DNA of 64,000 bases from Vicugna vicugna. Taxonomy: Eukaryota. The stretch is from the NCBI GenBank assembly GCA_013265495.1, contig MU058781.1, forward strand, positions 9,033,009 through 9,097,008. The letters are read 5' to 3'. A program made the position numbers and the translations under genes. Of this stretch, positions 46,031 through 60,009 are shown in pieces. Positions within the stretch are counted from its first letter, which is position 1, and every line of letters starts with the position of its first letter. The notes under the pieces were generated by a model. It saw only the letters and a program-made list of their open reading frames with translations, was not told the origin of the DNA and searched no databases.

Positions 46031-49000
46031 CCTAGTTTTGTAGATGCTTCTAAATGACACCATCTCCTATTTGTTGCTGGAAGGCAATGGAAAGAGACAT
46101 TACATCCTAACAGCATGCACGGAAAGGTAGTTGGGGATCCTGGGAAAGAGCATCAAATTAGGACTCTGAAGTCCTGAGGTCTACTTGTAGTTCACCTTCT
46201 AAGGTCCTGGCTGTGCCAAGTTTCTAAGGACAGTTTTATTGGATGGTGACAAAAGGTGCTAATGGGCTAGTCAAACTGCTCTAGGCTGTGTTGCCCCTTT
46301 GCATCTTCATCACCCCTAAATCTAGACAAATTCGTTTTTTTGGAAGACTGTCTCACGCCCCTCCTACCCTCATCCCCTGAAGCAGTGAACTCCAATTATG
46401 GGGATTAGAGAGACCACAAGCATCCAGAAATGAAGACAGTCAGAGGGTTTGTGCGGTAGGCCTGTCTAGTGAGATCACTAGATCTGTTTTAACTCCCTAA
46501 TGTGGTGCCCCGACTCTGGCTCTTCAGAGGAACAGTACTTACTCACTCATCACTAAGCACATACAGTCACGGTGGCCCGGGCTCAGTGACCTCATTCAGT
46601 CACCCTGCAGCTCCTGCTTGACCTCAGCTCTCTGCTCCTGTCCCCTGGCCCTGGGGCCATCTGGCTTCATCTTCTGGATCGTGATATCGACCTCGGGTCT
46701 GCCATGTTTTGGTGACCCATTGGACATTTCCCGGCATGCTTCTCTTTGGAATACAATAGCTCCAAGATGATGACAGAAATGAGACTTGACATGTGTGAGT
46801 TGACGCCTGGTGTTTAGTCAATTACAATTAGTAAGTTATTAAGTCAGGCATGGATTGGTCTCATTGTAATCTTGAATCACACAAGAGACCAGCTGACAAA
46901 CCACGTGGAGGATTTATGGAGCCCACATTTGGAGAAGTCAACATGCATTTTCTCCTAGTGGAAAAAGACTGGGGAAGAAAGTAGTCTGTGGACCCCCCTT
47001 CTCCTCATTGGCTAATAGGTTTTTCTTTAAAGCAACATCTTTCAAAAAGTACAAAATACTATATTATAATTACTTACTTGTGAACCACAGAATTTGGGGC
47101 TCATAAGAGAAACACTGATGTTGTATATGAGTGAAGATTGGTGGTTAAAGGCGCTTTAATTTTCCTTTAAGATAAATCTTGAAATATATAATTTCCTGTC
47201 CTTGAATTTTTGACCTATACTGTAGACCTGCACTACAGGCTGGAAAGTATGGGTGTAGATTGGCCATTTTGACTGGAGATAATATTTGGCTGGCCTGGAG
47301 GCCCCTTGGTTTCTGGAAGTCTTCAGTCTATAGCCCATGTGTCAATTTAGGTTTATCATGCAAATATTTCTGTCCTCCCAAACAACTTCAGATTTGCTAA
47401 AAAAAAAAAGCACTTGCAGAATCTGTGTGCATGCTTGGACCCCCGTTTGCTATATCTCACACCCACTATCATTTGTGCATCTCTAAAAGGCTACTGCTGA
47501 TTGGTTCTCAGCAGAACATCGTAGAGAAATGCACCTCTGTGCATTCTGATCAGTCTGTCATAGTACTTCTAACCTCGGTTGGGATTTGTGTTCATCTGCC
47601 AGTGACTCAGCATTTGAAGCTAAATGAGCACATGGAATTTGCTCCCGGGTATTTGGAAACACGCTGGAGTTAGGAGTTGATATAATCCTTGCGTTTTTTT
47701 TGTTTCTCAGTCTTACCATTCAGCCAAAGACAAACATTGAACTCCCATTGTGGGGTGCTGACCATCACCCTGGAAGCGAAGGACCACTGCACAGAATGGA
47801 GGGGTCCCAGTTCATGTCTGAGAGAGTGTAAATGGCAGAGAGAGAAACTAAAAAGTGAGTGACAGAAACAGGTTAACACTTTCCCAGCCATCTTACCATT
47901 TCACTGATTGGAAATAACTTTTCCAGCACATTGATTCAAGCATTTTACCTGCTTCTGGGTACAGGGGCTTCAGTTTTCTATTTGCCACCCATGTCTATTT
48001 GAGTCAGTTGTCTTGCTAATTCATTAGATGACTTTTTATTTTTAAGTTGATGAGTTAGATTTTAGCTCCATCAACTCTGAGTTAGTGAATAACATTAAAT
48101 CCACAAGTTTAGGCCCCAGGATGCAGCTCACAGAATCGCAGACAACGTGAAGGAGACGGAACAAGTAACAAACTCCTGGTGAGGGTCTCTTCCTCCTCCT
48201 CCTCCTCCCCACTCTGACCCATCCCCAACATGGACTCTTATTTTAAATGTATATGGGGTGGCAAAAAAAATATTAATGTGACCAATGAAGTGGGATGAGT
48301 AGAAAGCACTGGGGACCCAGGCCTCTTACTCACCTTGCCCTTCCTGCTGCCTGTGTGCAGTCCGCATTCAGGCTTATCCATCCCCTCCCGGCCAGACGAA
48401 ATCCAGCCTTTTGGGAAATCAGGACTTCTGAGGCTTATGATGTGACTTTATCCTCAGGGTTGTGGTCCTTTGGCTTTTTTGTTTCCTGATGGCTTGGAAG
48501 TCCTTTCCCCACTCATCACCAGGGCTGTCTCACTGCCCCCTCCCCACTTGACAGATTGCTCTGGGATGCTTCAGAACCCAGGCAACTGTCCTTGGCATCC
48601 TTCCTCTGCGCCTCTGCAGGGCTAGCACAGTCCAGAGTTGTGTCAGGCATTCCCCTGTGGTTTTCAGGACGAGGAGATAAACCTGTGAGCGTCTTCAAAA
48701 TGGTTCGGGGAACCCACGGTGGGGCTGACTGGAGGGGTGCTCAGCCGCATGATAAACATGGTGCTTGCCTTCCCCTGATATCTCCAGCCCTAATATTTGC
48801 GGTGTTTGAGATGAAATGGTTATGTGAGAACTTCCCCTTGTGATAATTTAACTGTTACTCTTCCCAGATCTTCTCTCCTGTACAAAGTTCCCATTTCTAA
48901 ACATCTTCTGTATAAATATCTTGAATTCCAGGGTCTCTTTAGAATTTCCAGGTATTTAACAGAATCTCTGGGATCCAAACAGTGGCAGGGGGTTTTAAGT

Positions 49001-49123
49001 TGTTAGGGTTCTGAATTGAAATGAGCTGGGTGCCTCAGGAGGTGGTGAGTTAGCGCCTCGTGGCAGAAGAAGTTAGAGCAGAGCCGGCAAGGAGTCAGTG
49101 GAGAAGGTAGAAATGTCTAATGG

Positions 49124-50160
49124 GTGCGGGTGACAGGCAGCCCCTGAGATGGCCCCCAGTGACGCCACCTCCTGGTAAGCAGGCCCTGTGTAACCCCCTG
49201 CCAGTGTGAGTTGGACCTAATGAATTGCTTCTAATAAATAGAAAAAGTGATGGGATATTGCTTCTGATAAGGCATGCCTCTTTTTTTTTTGTGCTTCATT
49301 TTATTGCGTTTTTAAACAAGTTGAAGGTTTATGACAGCTGTGCCTTGAACAAGTCTATCGGTGCCAGTTTTTCAACAGCATTTGCTCATTTCATGTCTCT
49401 GTGTCACATTTTGGTAATGTCTCAAACCCCTTCAGTATTGTTGGTGATGGTGATCAGTAATCAGTGATCTTTGACATTACTACTATGACTCCCTGAAGGC
49501 TTGGATGATAGCGTTTTTTAGCAATACAGTATTTTTAAATTAAGGTGTATATATTGGTTTTTTGTTTTGTTTTTACCATAATGCTATTGCACACATATTA
49601 GACTATGGTATAGTGTAAGCGTAACTTTGATACGCACTGGGAAACCAAAAAATTTGTGTGACTGACTTTATTGCAATATTCCCTTTACTTCTGTGATCTG
49701 GGTCCGAATCCACAATATCTTCAGGGTATGCCTGTGTTAGTTTGCATAAGATCGTGACTTGTGTTTTGTTCATACGCCCTCTCTTGCCCTCTCCCTTTCT
49801 TGCTTGATGCAGTCTGCCACCATTGTGGGGGCCACATAGAGAGGCGAGGAGCAGAGTGAGGCCTTGGGCCCACAGCTCATGAGGAGCTGAGGCCCTCGAT
49901 CCAGAACCTCAGGAGAAACTCACGCCTGCCAGCCATCTCTTGAGCGGGCTTAGCAGCAGGTTCTTCCCCAACCCAGCCTTCAGTTGACTGCAGATCCTGC
50001 CAACATCGGGATGGCAGCCCCTGAGAGATTCTGAAAGCCGAAGACCCAGGTAAACTGAACCTGGATTCCTGACCTACAGAAACTGTGAGGTAATGAATAC
50101 TGCTGTTTCAAAGTGCTGAGTTTGGGAGTACTTTGTTAGGTAGCGGTAGATAACTAACCC
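49124..50160 (+). mobile_element. MLT1F-like MaLR solo LTR, split by a Tigger
   Basis: 5' 'aggcagcccctgagatggcccccagtga...cctcctggta'; 3' 'gattcctgacctacagaaactgtgag...tgctgtttcaa...tagataactaa'. Confidence 0.88.
49270..49734 (+). mobile_element. Tigger1 internal-deletion derivative (TcMar-Tigger)
   Basis: Inverted termini '(c)aggcatgcctc' and 'gggtatgcctg' after a TA; Tigger1-type 'ttgaaggttt...caagtctatcggtgcca' and 'cactgggaaaccaaaaaatttgtgtgact'. Confidence 0.9.
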
Positions 50161-51489
50161 GGCAAATTGAATAGTTGGCCTCCGATATCCCTCCCAGACC
50201 TATAGGATTTTATGAGTTTTCCAGGGTTTTTAAAAAAAAAATGAGACTCAAAGGTATTGACTATATTGATTCCTAAGCTTTTCTTTTTTTTTTTTCCTCT
50301 TCTCATTAAGCCTGATAAATAGTTGTCCTAATCTATCAGGATCCATTTTTCCTTGTATTCAGGCTTGTCAGCTGGCTGAAATCTTACTAGGCTGGCCAGA
50401 GAAAGTGAACTGATTCAGGCAAGCGTTTTTGGAAATCCCAGGAAGTCCAGCAGGAAAAGGAAGATACCATCTGGTTGCTACCGCAGTGTGCTTTGCATGT
50501 CAAGTCGGAGCGATCGCAGCGCAGCTAAGCAGCTCTGAGGTGTCATTGATTGCTCTGGGTCTGAACAGTTCTTTCTAATCTAATCCAGTCTTTTCACCTT
50601 CAGCACCAAGGCTCATCCATGCTGGTACTGACTGGTTCCTTCAGTCATCCCTTGGAGGAGCTGCCGCAGTTGTTTTCTGCATAGATATGTTTGTGACTTA
50701 CGCTACTGGCTCAATAAAAGAATGACAGTGCTTTGTTGTGACTTGAGGAAGTCCCAGCAAGGTCTTGCCACTGCAGTTCCCAAGATCTATGACTCTGCCA
50801 GGCCAGCCCACTGAGTTAATGTTTTATACTAAGATTTCTAGTCTTCATTCCTAGAAACAGACAAGTGACATGCTAATGCTCAATGTTGTTGAAAGAAATA
50901 AAAGATGCAGTTGGAAATTCAAGTGATTTCACTAAAAGAACAATCACAGCACAGGGAACCAAATTGCCCTGCTTTCCCCACCAGGCACACGGGCGGACTT
51001 CACAACACTTGAGCTGTGGTGTATTTAAACTGACAAAATGGTCTACAAGACGGGCCCTAAGGAGCTCAGTCGGGTGAAAAAATCATTCTGTGCTCTCAGC
51101 ATATCAAGTACTTAGAATGCATTAGAAACGAGCACTGTGTATGTGGCCACATAATGTTCGGATTGGACGTTGTGACTAGCAATTTATCATAAGAGCTGTT
51201 TTTCTCCAGGGGTACAGGTGGAGGGGGAACAAGAGACTTTGAGGGGTATGTGTTGCATGGGGACGCAAGGCTGTCACCTTTATGATCTCATCCCAGTAGC
51301 CTGGCTTTGTGGACAATTTTGGCCATTAAGTGTGTGCTCAGCGTGGTGGTTCTTATCTTACATTTATGTGCAAGTTTCCATCTCCAAAAATTTTCACAAA
51401 ACGGGTTATTACATATTTTTCTTGTCACATATCAAGAAAATAGATCAAGAATATAGCTGAGGAAAAGGAAGCCCAGAGGTCAAACTCTT

Positions 51490-51876
51490 TTTTTGTTTGT
51501 TTAAATTGTGATAAAATAAGTATAACAAATTGACTCTTAGCTATCTTAAAGTGTGCAGTTTAGTCACGTTAAATATGTTCGTAACGTTGTGCAACTATTA
51601 CCACCGTCTAGTTTCAGAACTTTTCATCATCCCGAGAGGAAACCCCTTACCCATTAAGTAATTACTCCCATTTCCTCTCCTTCCTGCCCCTGGCAATCAC
51701 TAATCTGCTTTCTGTCTCTATGGATTTGTCTATTTTGTACATTTCATATAAATGGACTTGTAATATGTGATCCTTTGTGTCTGCTTCTATCAGTAGTTTA
51801 TTCCTTTTATGGTTGAATAATATTCCATTGTATGGATATACCACATTTGTTTATCCATTCAGCAGTTGATGGACAC
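51490..51876 (-). mobile_element. Old L1 (L1MB-like) 3' end
   Basis: 'aattgtgataaaata...gttgtgcaac...cagaacttttcatcatccc...ctgctttctgtctctatggatttg'; degenerate TSD 'aggtcaaactctttt' and 'aggttaaatgctttt'. Confidence 0.88.
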
Positions 51877-53920
51877 AGGTTAAATGCTTTTAATAGTAAT
51901 TAACAGCAACATTAATAAAGTATTTTAAGTTTCAACAACCAATTAGTAGATGACTATGTTGGTAATAAGGACCATTTAGGACTAGCCTTCAAAAACAGAG
52001 TACTTTTCTTAGGCAGCACATCACAGGAATGAAAACAAGATTCACGGTTTATCTTCTAAAATGCTGAGACAGACAGGTATTTGAAAGATGTGTTTCTGGG
52101 AAAATGGATCTACTGAGTGCCATAGGATGTTTTTACTGGTTCTGGCATTGATAGGCTGAGGTTACTATGGGAAAAAGTTGGTCCCAGTAGTGTGACTGTG
52201 GAGAGACTGTGGAGTGTGACAGGAGGAAGGTCCAGGGGCTCTCTTAGGTTATGTGTGTATGGAGGCTCTGATCTGGTACCATTATGGCTAGAGTTCTGTC
52301 GATTTTCATGAATGATTCTACCTCAAGCAAATGATCTTCCCTTATCTGGTGGGTTTGGAGTCTCTGTTACTTCAGGGTCTCACCGTTACTCCCAGTATGA
52401 CTGATGCACCTGGCACTGTTGAGCTTGGAAAATGGGATGGAGTATAGGCTGGGAGAACCCACAGCCAGAGAGCCTAGTGGTGGGTCTGAGCTGGAGAAGT
52501 TGGGTGGATGTGGACAGAAGCATCTCTAACCCGTTTTCACATGAGGACAAGTGCTATTCTGATGCGTAATCAGAAACCTTGCATTTAAAAATGAGCTGAT
52601 TTGGGAACTTCTGAGGGTGGGTAGATGTCACAGATAAAAGGAATGGGTGCATATTTTGTTTTCTAGTTTACACAGATGTAGGCCAGTTTTAATCAACTCA
52701 GCTTTGTGTATTTAGACTCACATTAGATTCATCTTTCGAGATACTTCTCAAACTCTGGCAGTTACATCGGAGGAGGGGAAATGCCAGCTTCTTCTTTGAC
52801 CGGGGACGTGGGAAAGGAGGTGTTAGTTACTGCGTGATTCTTGAGACCTTGGATAGATTTTATTTTTTTTAAAAAAAATGTGTAGCTTCTGAGTTTGTAA
52901 CAAATTCCTAAAATGTTCTATGCAAGCTGAGCAGTTACAATTAAAATGGATAATAATTGCTTTTCCTTTTAGAAAAATAGCCCATGCCCTTAATTAGATC
53001 ACTGCACATGCAGCAGAGCATCTGTTGGTGTGGTGCTTGCCGGAAAGTCTAATGAGCACTGCTGAACACTAATGTCATGCATCCTCCACTGCTGCAGACC
53101 CCAGATGTGGTCTGCCACTTGCACGCCAATTTCTAGGACTGGAATTTCTCCCTGGCCCCCCTCTGCAGTTATTAGAACAAGAGCCCAAACTGGCTCGTGT
53201 CTGCAGGTGAGCATTTTATGAGTCAAAGTTGAAGTGATTCATGAACCGTGAACATGATTTATCTGCTTTTTCTATGCAGGATGGCTTTTGAGGGAAGCTT
53301 CCTTGTCTTTCTAGAAGGGTGTCATCATAGTGCCTTAGTCATGAACAGGCAGCACTTTCTGGAGTAAATGCACATGATTAAATGTGACTCTAAGTGTAAA
53401 AGGAAACTGATGTAGAATCTGGAGCATGGAAAGGGCTCAATTCATGATCCTTCGTTTTGAAAACTTTGGCAAAAGGGTATTTTCCAGGTAGAAAGGATAT
53501 AAACGACTAAGGCATATGCCAGTCTCTTTGGCACAACCAGCCAAACATTTGTGTATTTCTTTGAGACATGACCAGAAGGGTTTAGTCTGATGCCATGTGG
53601 ATTCTGCGCACCTCTCACGGGGGAGCTTCTGGATGAAGGCATTAGATTTGGTGAGACACTTTAAGGTGTTTCTAAGAGTCCAGCTCTTCATGTAGAAAAC
53701 CCAAATCCTTTCCAGCATCTCTCCTGAGTGAGCATCCACCTGTGTTTGGATGTCTTCACTAGCAGGATCTCACTACTCTAATTTCTGAAAATAAAACCTT
53801 TGCCTGATTTCTACTTTATGCACAGGAAGCGCACCAGTGGCTGTTTTTCTTCATGATTCTCAACCAGGTGCATTAGTTACAAATTGTGAGAGGAAAGTTG
53901 CACATAAGTTTCATATCACT

Positions 53921-54320
53921 TGTATTCTTTCCCTAGAGCTGCGGTGACAAAGTGCTACCAACTGGGTGGCTTGAGACAACAGAAATGGATTCTCCCTTAG
54001 TTGTAGAGGCTAGACGTCTGAAATCAAGGTGTCAGCAGGACTGCACTGTCTCTGAAGGCTTCTAGAGCAGAATCCTTCCTCGCTTCTGGGAGACCCTGGT
54101 GTTCCTTGGCTCATAGACGCATCACTTCAATCTCTACCTCTTTCTAAGGCGACGTGTGTCTGTGTCTCCACTCTTCTCACAAGGACACCAGTCATATTGG
54201 ATTAAGGGCCTGTGCTACCCCAGTAAGACTTCATCCATACCTACTTACATCTGCAGTGACTGTTTTCAAAGATCACCTGCTGAGATACTGGAGGTTAGGA
54301 CTTCAACATACCTTTTCTTC
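53921..54320 (-). mobile_element. MLT1B/C-like MaLR solo LTR
   Basis: 'ctgggtggctt...acaacagaaat...gtctgaaatcaaggtgtcagcagg...aaggacaccagtcatattggattaagggcc...ttaggacttcaacata'. Confidence 0.88.
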
Positions 54321-54854
54321 TCTTAGGAGAAGGAAAGAGAAAGGATGAGTGAGGCAGGGAGGCTAGGAAAGCTGGGGCATATCTTCCTCTTTTCCTTTGG
54401 AAATTCCATGTAAATCCCAGGGAGAAAGCATTGCCCAAATCCTTAGGGTTCCTGGAAAAAACAGAGGAAGTTTGCACCAGAAGAATTTGCTACATACTTA
54501 ATGCACTTTCTAGTCTTGGAAGCAATGCACAGTAGGGTGGATGTGGTGGGCAACCCAGTACAGCAGAAGCTGCAAAACTTCAGAATAGATTCCTACACTT
54601 TCCATTCCGTTGCTTGTGACCACACGCATCTCCTTTTGCTTTTGTGATGAGCAATTTAGAGGTTCTCATCTACTAGGAGAAAGAATGTGCTAGATAGAAC
54701 TGTGAAATCAGGATTTATCTGCATATTAAAATAGAGGAACCAACTTGTCAAATTTTCTGAGAACTAATGAGAGCAAAATGATCCTAATGTGGTCTCCAAA
54801 TAAAAATATTTATGCACATAGAGTACTAAAACAAGAAATGTTGATTGTAGAATA

Positions 54855-55215
54855 TTTGGAACATGCAGAAAAGTCCTAAAAAGAAAATAAAACTGCTCCT
54901 AACCCTCCCATCTAGTGATGACCATTGGCATTTTGACACATATTGTTCATAAAAATGCACAGACTCCCAATTTGGAGTGTATTATTCCTACTGTTTTGTT
55001 TTGTTTCCCCTTAACGATTGTCAGTGTTTTCTTAAGATGTTAACTATTCCTCTAAAACTGATTCTAAATGACTCATAATATTTCATTGCATGGTTGTGAC
55101 ATAATTTATCCAACTTATCTTCTAATTATTGGACATTTAGCTTGTCTCTAGTTTTTCACTGTGATAAGTGATGCTACAATAAGCATCCTGGTATGAAATT
55201 GTTAGTACACATCCT
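54855..55215 (-). mobile_element. Very old L1 (L1ME-like) fragment
   Basis: 'cataatttat...ttggacatttagcttgt...tttttcact...tgctacaataagcatcct'. Confidence 0.6.
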
Positions 55216-55297
55216 CATTAGATAGGTGTTTTGTTGTGTTCTCGTCCCTGTTTTTGCTAACTTTTGGGTACATATATATATTCACTTAGCAACAGCA

Positions 55298-56449
55298 CTT
55301 TTTTCCTTTTTTAATTGAAGTACAGTTGATTTACAATGTTGTGTTAATTTCTGAAATACCGCAAAGTGATTCAGTTATACATATATATTCTTTAACATTT
55401 CTTTTTCATTATAGGTTATTACAAGATATTGAATATAGTTCCCTGTGCTATACAGTAGGACCTTATTGTTCATTTATTTTATATATAGTAGTTTGTATCT
55501 GCTAATTGCAAACTCCTAATTTATCCGTCACCTTGCCTCTTCCCCCTTTGGTAACCGTAAGTTTGTTTTCTGTGTCTGTGAATCTATTTCTGGTTGGTAA
55601 ATAAGTTCATTTGTATCATTTTTTAGATTCCACGTGTAAGTGATACCATATAATATTTGTATTTCTCTTTCTGACTTACTTCTTAGTATGATAATCTCTT
55701 GGTCTATCCATGTTGCTCAAATGGCATTATTTCATTCTTTTTTATGGCCGAATAGTATTCCATTGTATATATATATACCTTAACTTCTTTATCCACTCAT
55801 CTGTTGATGGACATTTAGGTTGTTTCCATGTCTTGGCTATTGTAAATAGTGCTGCTATAAACATTGGGGTGCATGTATCTTCTTGAATTAGAATTTCCTC
55901 TGGATATATGCCCAGGGGTAGGATTGCTAGATCATATGGTAGTTCTATTTTTAGTTTTTTAAGGAACCTCCATACTGTTTTCTATAGTGGCTGCTCCAGT
56001 TTACATTCCCACTAACAGTGAAGGAGGGTTCCCTTTTCTCCACATCTCCTCCAGTATTTATCATTTGTGGATTCTTTAATGATGGCCTTTCTGACCAGTA
56101 TGAGGTGATAGCTTGTTATAGTTTTGGTTTGTATTTCTCTGATAATTAGCAATGTTGAGCATCTTTTCATGTGCCTGTTGGCCATCTGTATGTCTTCATT
56201 GGAGTAATGTCTCTTTAGGTCTTCTCCGCATTTTTGATTGGGTTGGGTTTTTTTTGTTATTGCTGTTGAGTTGTATGAGCTGTTTGTATATTCTGGAAGT
56301 TAAGCCCTTGTCAGTCTCATCATTTGCAAATATTTTCTCCTAGTCTGTAGGTTGTCTTTTCATTTTTTTTTTTTTTTTGTGGTATCCTTTGCTGTGCAAA
56401 AACTTTTAAGTTTGATTAGGTCCCATTTGTTTATCTTTGCTTTTATTTC
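55298..56449 (-). mobile_element. Artiodactyl/camelid L1, 5'-truncated (ORF2 end plus complete 3'UTR)
   Basis: 'ttaattgaagtacagttgatttacaatgttgtg...atagttccctgtgctatacagtagg...' through antisense ORF2 'ttgattaggtcccatttgtt'. Confidence 0.93.
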
Positions 56450-56614
56450 AGAGTAGTAATTTTAAGTTGTACTTATGTATTATATCAAGGAAACTCTTGT
56501 TTTATTTGCTCCCATCTATGAAGCAAGTGTATTTTATATTTTACAAGCACTTCTTAAATGGTTAGAATAAACTTAAAAAGTGTTACATTCAATTACATGC
56601 ACATTGGAGCACTG

Positions 56615-58844
56615 GACTGTGAATTAGGCTGCCATAACAAAATACCATAGACCAGTTGGCTTAAACAACAGATAATTATTTTCTCACAGTTCTAGGGGCT
56701 GAAAGTTTAAGATCAAAGTTCTGGCTGATTCAAACTCTGGTGAGGACTCTTCTGGGCTTGTAGATGGCCACCTTCTCACTGTGTCCTCGCATGGCCTTTT
56801 CTTGGTAAGCACATGCTTATAGAAAGAGAGTGAACTCTCTGGTGCCTCTTATAAGAACACTAATCCTGTTAGATCAGGGCCCCACTTCTATGACCTCATT
56901 TAACCTTAATTACTTCCTTAGAGAACCTATTTCCAAGTACAGCCACAATGGAGGTTAGGGCTTTATAACATAAAGAATGAGGTGGGGGACAAACATTCAG
57001 TCCATTGCATTCTCCCCCTTGCTCCCCAAAATTCACATCCCTCTCCACACACAAAATACATTGATTCCATCCCAACAACCCCCAAAGTCTTAACTCATTC
57101 CAGGATCAACTCTGAAGTCTAAAACCCAACATTGCATCTAAATATCATGTAAATCAGATATGAGTGAGACTCAAGGTAAGATTTATCCTGCAGCAAAATT
57201 CCTCTCCAGCTGTGAACCTGCAAAACCAAACAAGTTATGTCTCCAAAACACAAGGGCAGCCCAGGATTAGGACAGACACTGCCAAAAAGGAGAAATCTAA
57301 AGGAAGAAAGAGATGATGGATCCCTAGTGAGACAGATTTCATTAGCTCTTAAGGCTCAAGAATAATCCTCTTTGGTTCAGTGCTCTGCCCTCCAGGCCCA
57401 CTGGGGTGGAGGTGTCACCCCCATGCTCCACAAGGTGGCCTGCACCTTCCCTCCGGCCATGGCTCTCTGCTAGGGCCCTGCCTACACAGTTGTCTTCACT
57501 GGCCATCTGGCCCAGTGGAACTGAAGAGGGGGCCCACTCCTCTGAAACTCAGGGGAAGCAGTCTTGCCCCGGGCCTGTGTGGTGGGAGTGGCAGCCCTGA
57601 TGATTCCTGAATGGCCTTGGAGGCCAGTCTTCCTTTTTCTTCAGTGACAACACGTGTTAACAGCCTTCCTTCACTTGGTCCCTTTTCTCTGTTGCGTTTA
57701 CTCCCAGCTGGCAGTGCTTCTGCTGGTGTCATCCCATCTCTAATCCTAGCTTCTGCTGGGATGGCCGGTCAAATCCATGGTTCACTCCCCAGCCTAGTAG
57801 CCTTCTCAAATGGGCTTACACCCTTCGTGTGTTCAGAGCATGCTGCTTCATTTTTTTTGCAACGTGGATAGGTTGAGAACTTTCCCAGTCTTCAAGTTCT
57901 GATTTCTTTTTGTTTGACAGTCCCCTCAATTTCTCTCTTTCCTCTTGCATTTTACTGTGAGTCAGAAGGAGAAACCAAGCTGCAGCTTCCATACTTTGCT
58001 TAGAAATCTCCTCAGCTCAACAACCAGTTTTATCACTTGCAAGTTCTACCTTCCAGGAAACACTAGAACACAATTCAGCCAAGTTCTTTGCCACTTTATA
58101 ACGAGGATTGCTTTTCCTCCCGTTTCCTGTAACCTTTCTCATTTCTGTCTGAGGTCTCACCAGAATGGCCTTGAATGTCCATATTTCTACCAGCATTCTG
58201 GTTGTGGTGCTACATGTATCCTATAGGAAGATGCAGGCTTTGTCTCTAGCTTTCCTCCTTTCTTTCTGTGTCCTCACCAGAATTGCCTTTACTATCTATA
58301 TTACAGCAACAGTCCCTTCCTAGCAATCTAAGCTTTCTCTAACATATACCTCAGAACTCTTCCACCTTCTGCCCATTACCCAGTTTCAAAGCCACTTCCA
58401 CATTTTTAGGTATTTGTTCCAGTGGCACTCTACTTCTTGGTACCAAACTCAGTATTAATCTCCTTGGGCTGCCATGAGAAAATGCCATAGATTGGGTGAT
58501 TTAAACAACAGGCATTTATTTTCTCACAGTACTGGAGGCTAGAAGTCCAAGATCAAGGTTCCAGCTGATTGAGTTTCTGGTGAGGATTCTCTTGCTGGTT
58601 TAGAGACACTCACCTTCCCACGGTGTCCTCACATGAACCTCACATGGTGGCGGGGCTTTGCGGGTAGAGTGAGCACATGAGTGAGTGCACTAGTGTTTCT
58701 TCTTATAAGGACACTAATCCTATTGAATCAGGGCCCCACCCTTAAGACTACATATCTCTTTAGAGATTCCCGTCTTCCAATATAGCCCCCCTGGAGGTTA
58801 GGGTTGCAACATAGGAATGTTTTAGTGGGATATAGTCCTAACCA
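56615..58844 (-). mobile_element. Two-LTR MaLR element (MLT1A/MLT1A0-like LTR-int-LTR)
   Basis: Homologous LTRs at about 56615-57009 and 58451-58844; minus-strand internal start 'tttggtacc...aacaaatacctaaaaatgtggaagtggctttgaaactgggtaatggg'; polypurine tract ggggagcaagggggagaa (57010-57027) abuts the 3' LTR TG. Confidence 0.9.
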
Positions 58845-59184
58845 ACTGAGAATTTGAAACTTAATTGTAAGTCCCTATGTTTGTACTGTACTTTTTATCT
58901 TTTTTAAGCACTTTTATGTATATTATCCCATTTCATCTGAAATACATCCTATAATCTTTACATTTCCCTCAGATTACCTTTTATAAAAAATTAGTTTTTT
59001 CAAAATAATACCTAGGTAGTTTCAAAGTCAAATAATAATAATAAAAGCCTTATAATAATAACTAAAATAGTCCTCCTCTACCAACCTGCCACCCCCACCC
59101 CCCTCTTCCTGGGTCCAGCATTTCAAAGGTAACCGTGTTAATGCCTTTTGGCACGTTCCTTCATATTTCTACATACTGTGCCTG

Positions 59185-59745
59185 TGTGTTAATTATCTAT
59201 CACTGCATAATAAGTTGCCGCAAACTTAGTGGCTTTAACATAACATACATTTCTTAGCTCATTATTTCTTCTGGTCAGGAGTCCAGCACATCTTCTCTGT
59301 GTCCTTTGCCTAGGGTCTCACAAAACTGCAACCAAGATGTCAGCTGAGCTGCATTCCATTCTTGAGCCCAGAATCCTGGTCCAAGCTCGTTGGCTCACTG
59401 ACTGAATTCAGTTCCTTGAAGCCTAGGACTGAAGTCCCCGTTTTCTCGCTGGCTGCAGGTTATGGCCTGCTCTCAGCTTCTCAAGGTCACTTGACACTCT
59501 GCCACCTGGCCCTCTCTCTTCTTTTAGCAGAGATTCTCTCTTGAAAGACTTTCATCTGATTAACTCAGGTCCAACAAGGATCATCTCCTTTTGTCTACCT
59601 TGCTGACTGGGGAGCTTAATTACATCTGGAAAATCTCTTTGCCTTTGCCATATACTCCAGGCTAGAAACAAGTCACATTTTCTTCCCATACTTAAAAGGA
59701 TGGAGAAATACACAAGAGCATGACACATTGGGATCACCTTAGAGA
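59185..59745 (-). mobile_element. MLT1E/F-like MaLR solo LTR
   Basis: 'caaacttagtggcttt...ggtcaggagtcc...gggtctcac...gaattcagttcctt...ttaattacatctg...caagtcaca'. Confidence 0.8.
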
Positions 59746-60009
59746 GAACTTATAAACTTATATCTGATTAATCAATTTTAGATTTTACTGAATTTCTATT
59801 TTGACACATAGTATTTTAAATCTTACGCCTCCCTTCTGTTAGTTAATAGCACTTAAACAATTTAGTTATTAGCACTTAAATAATTAAATCCCTGTATAAA
59901 GCTTTTATTATTTATGTAAATGTGAGGTAGACATTTGACACTGCTGCTGTTTGTGAGAGATTGTCTGCCTAGTGATTCCTCCCCTGAATTTCTCTATCTT
60001 CTAGCATCT

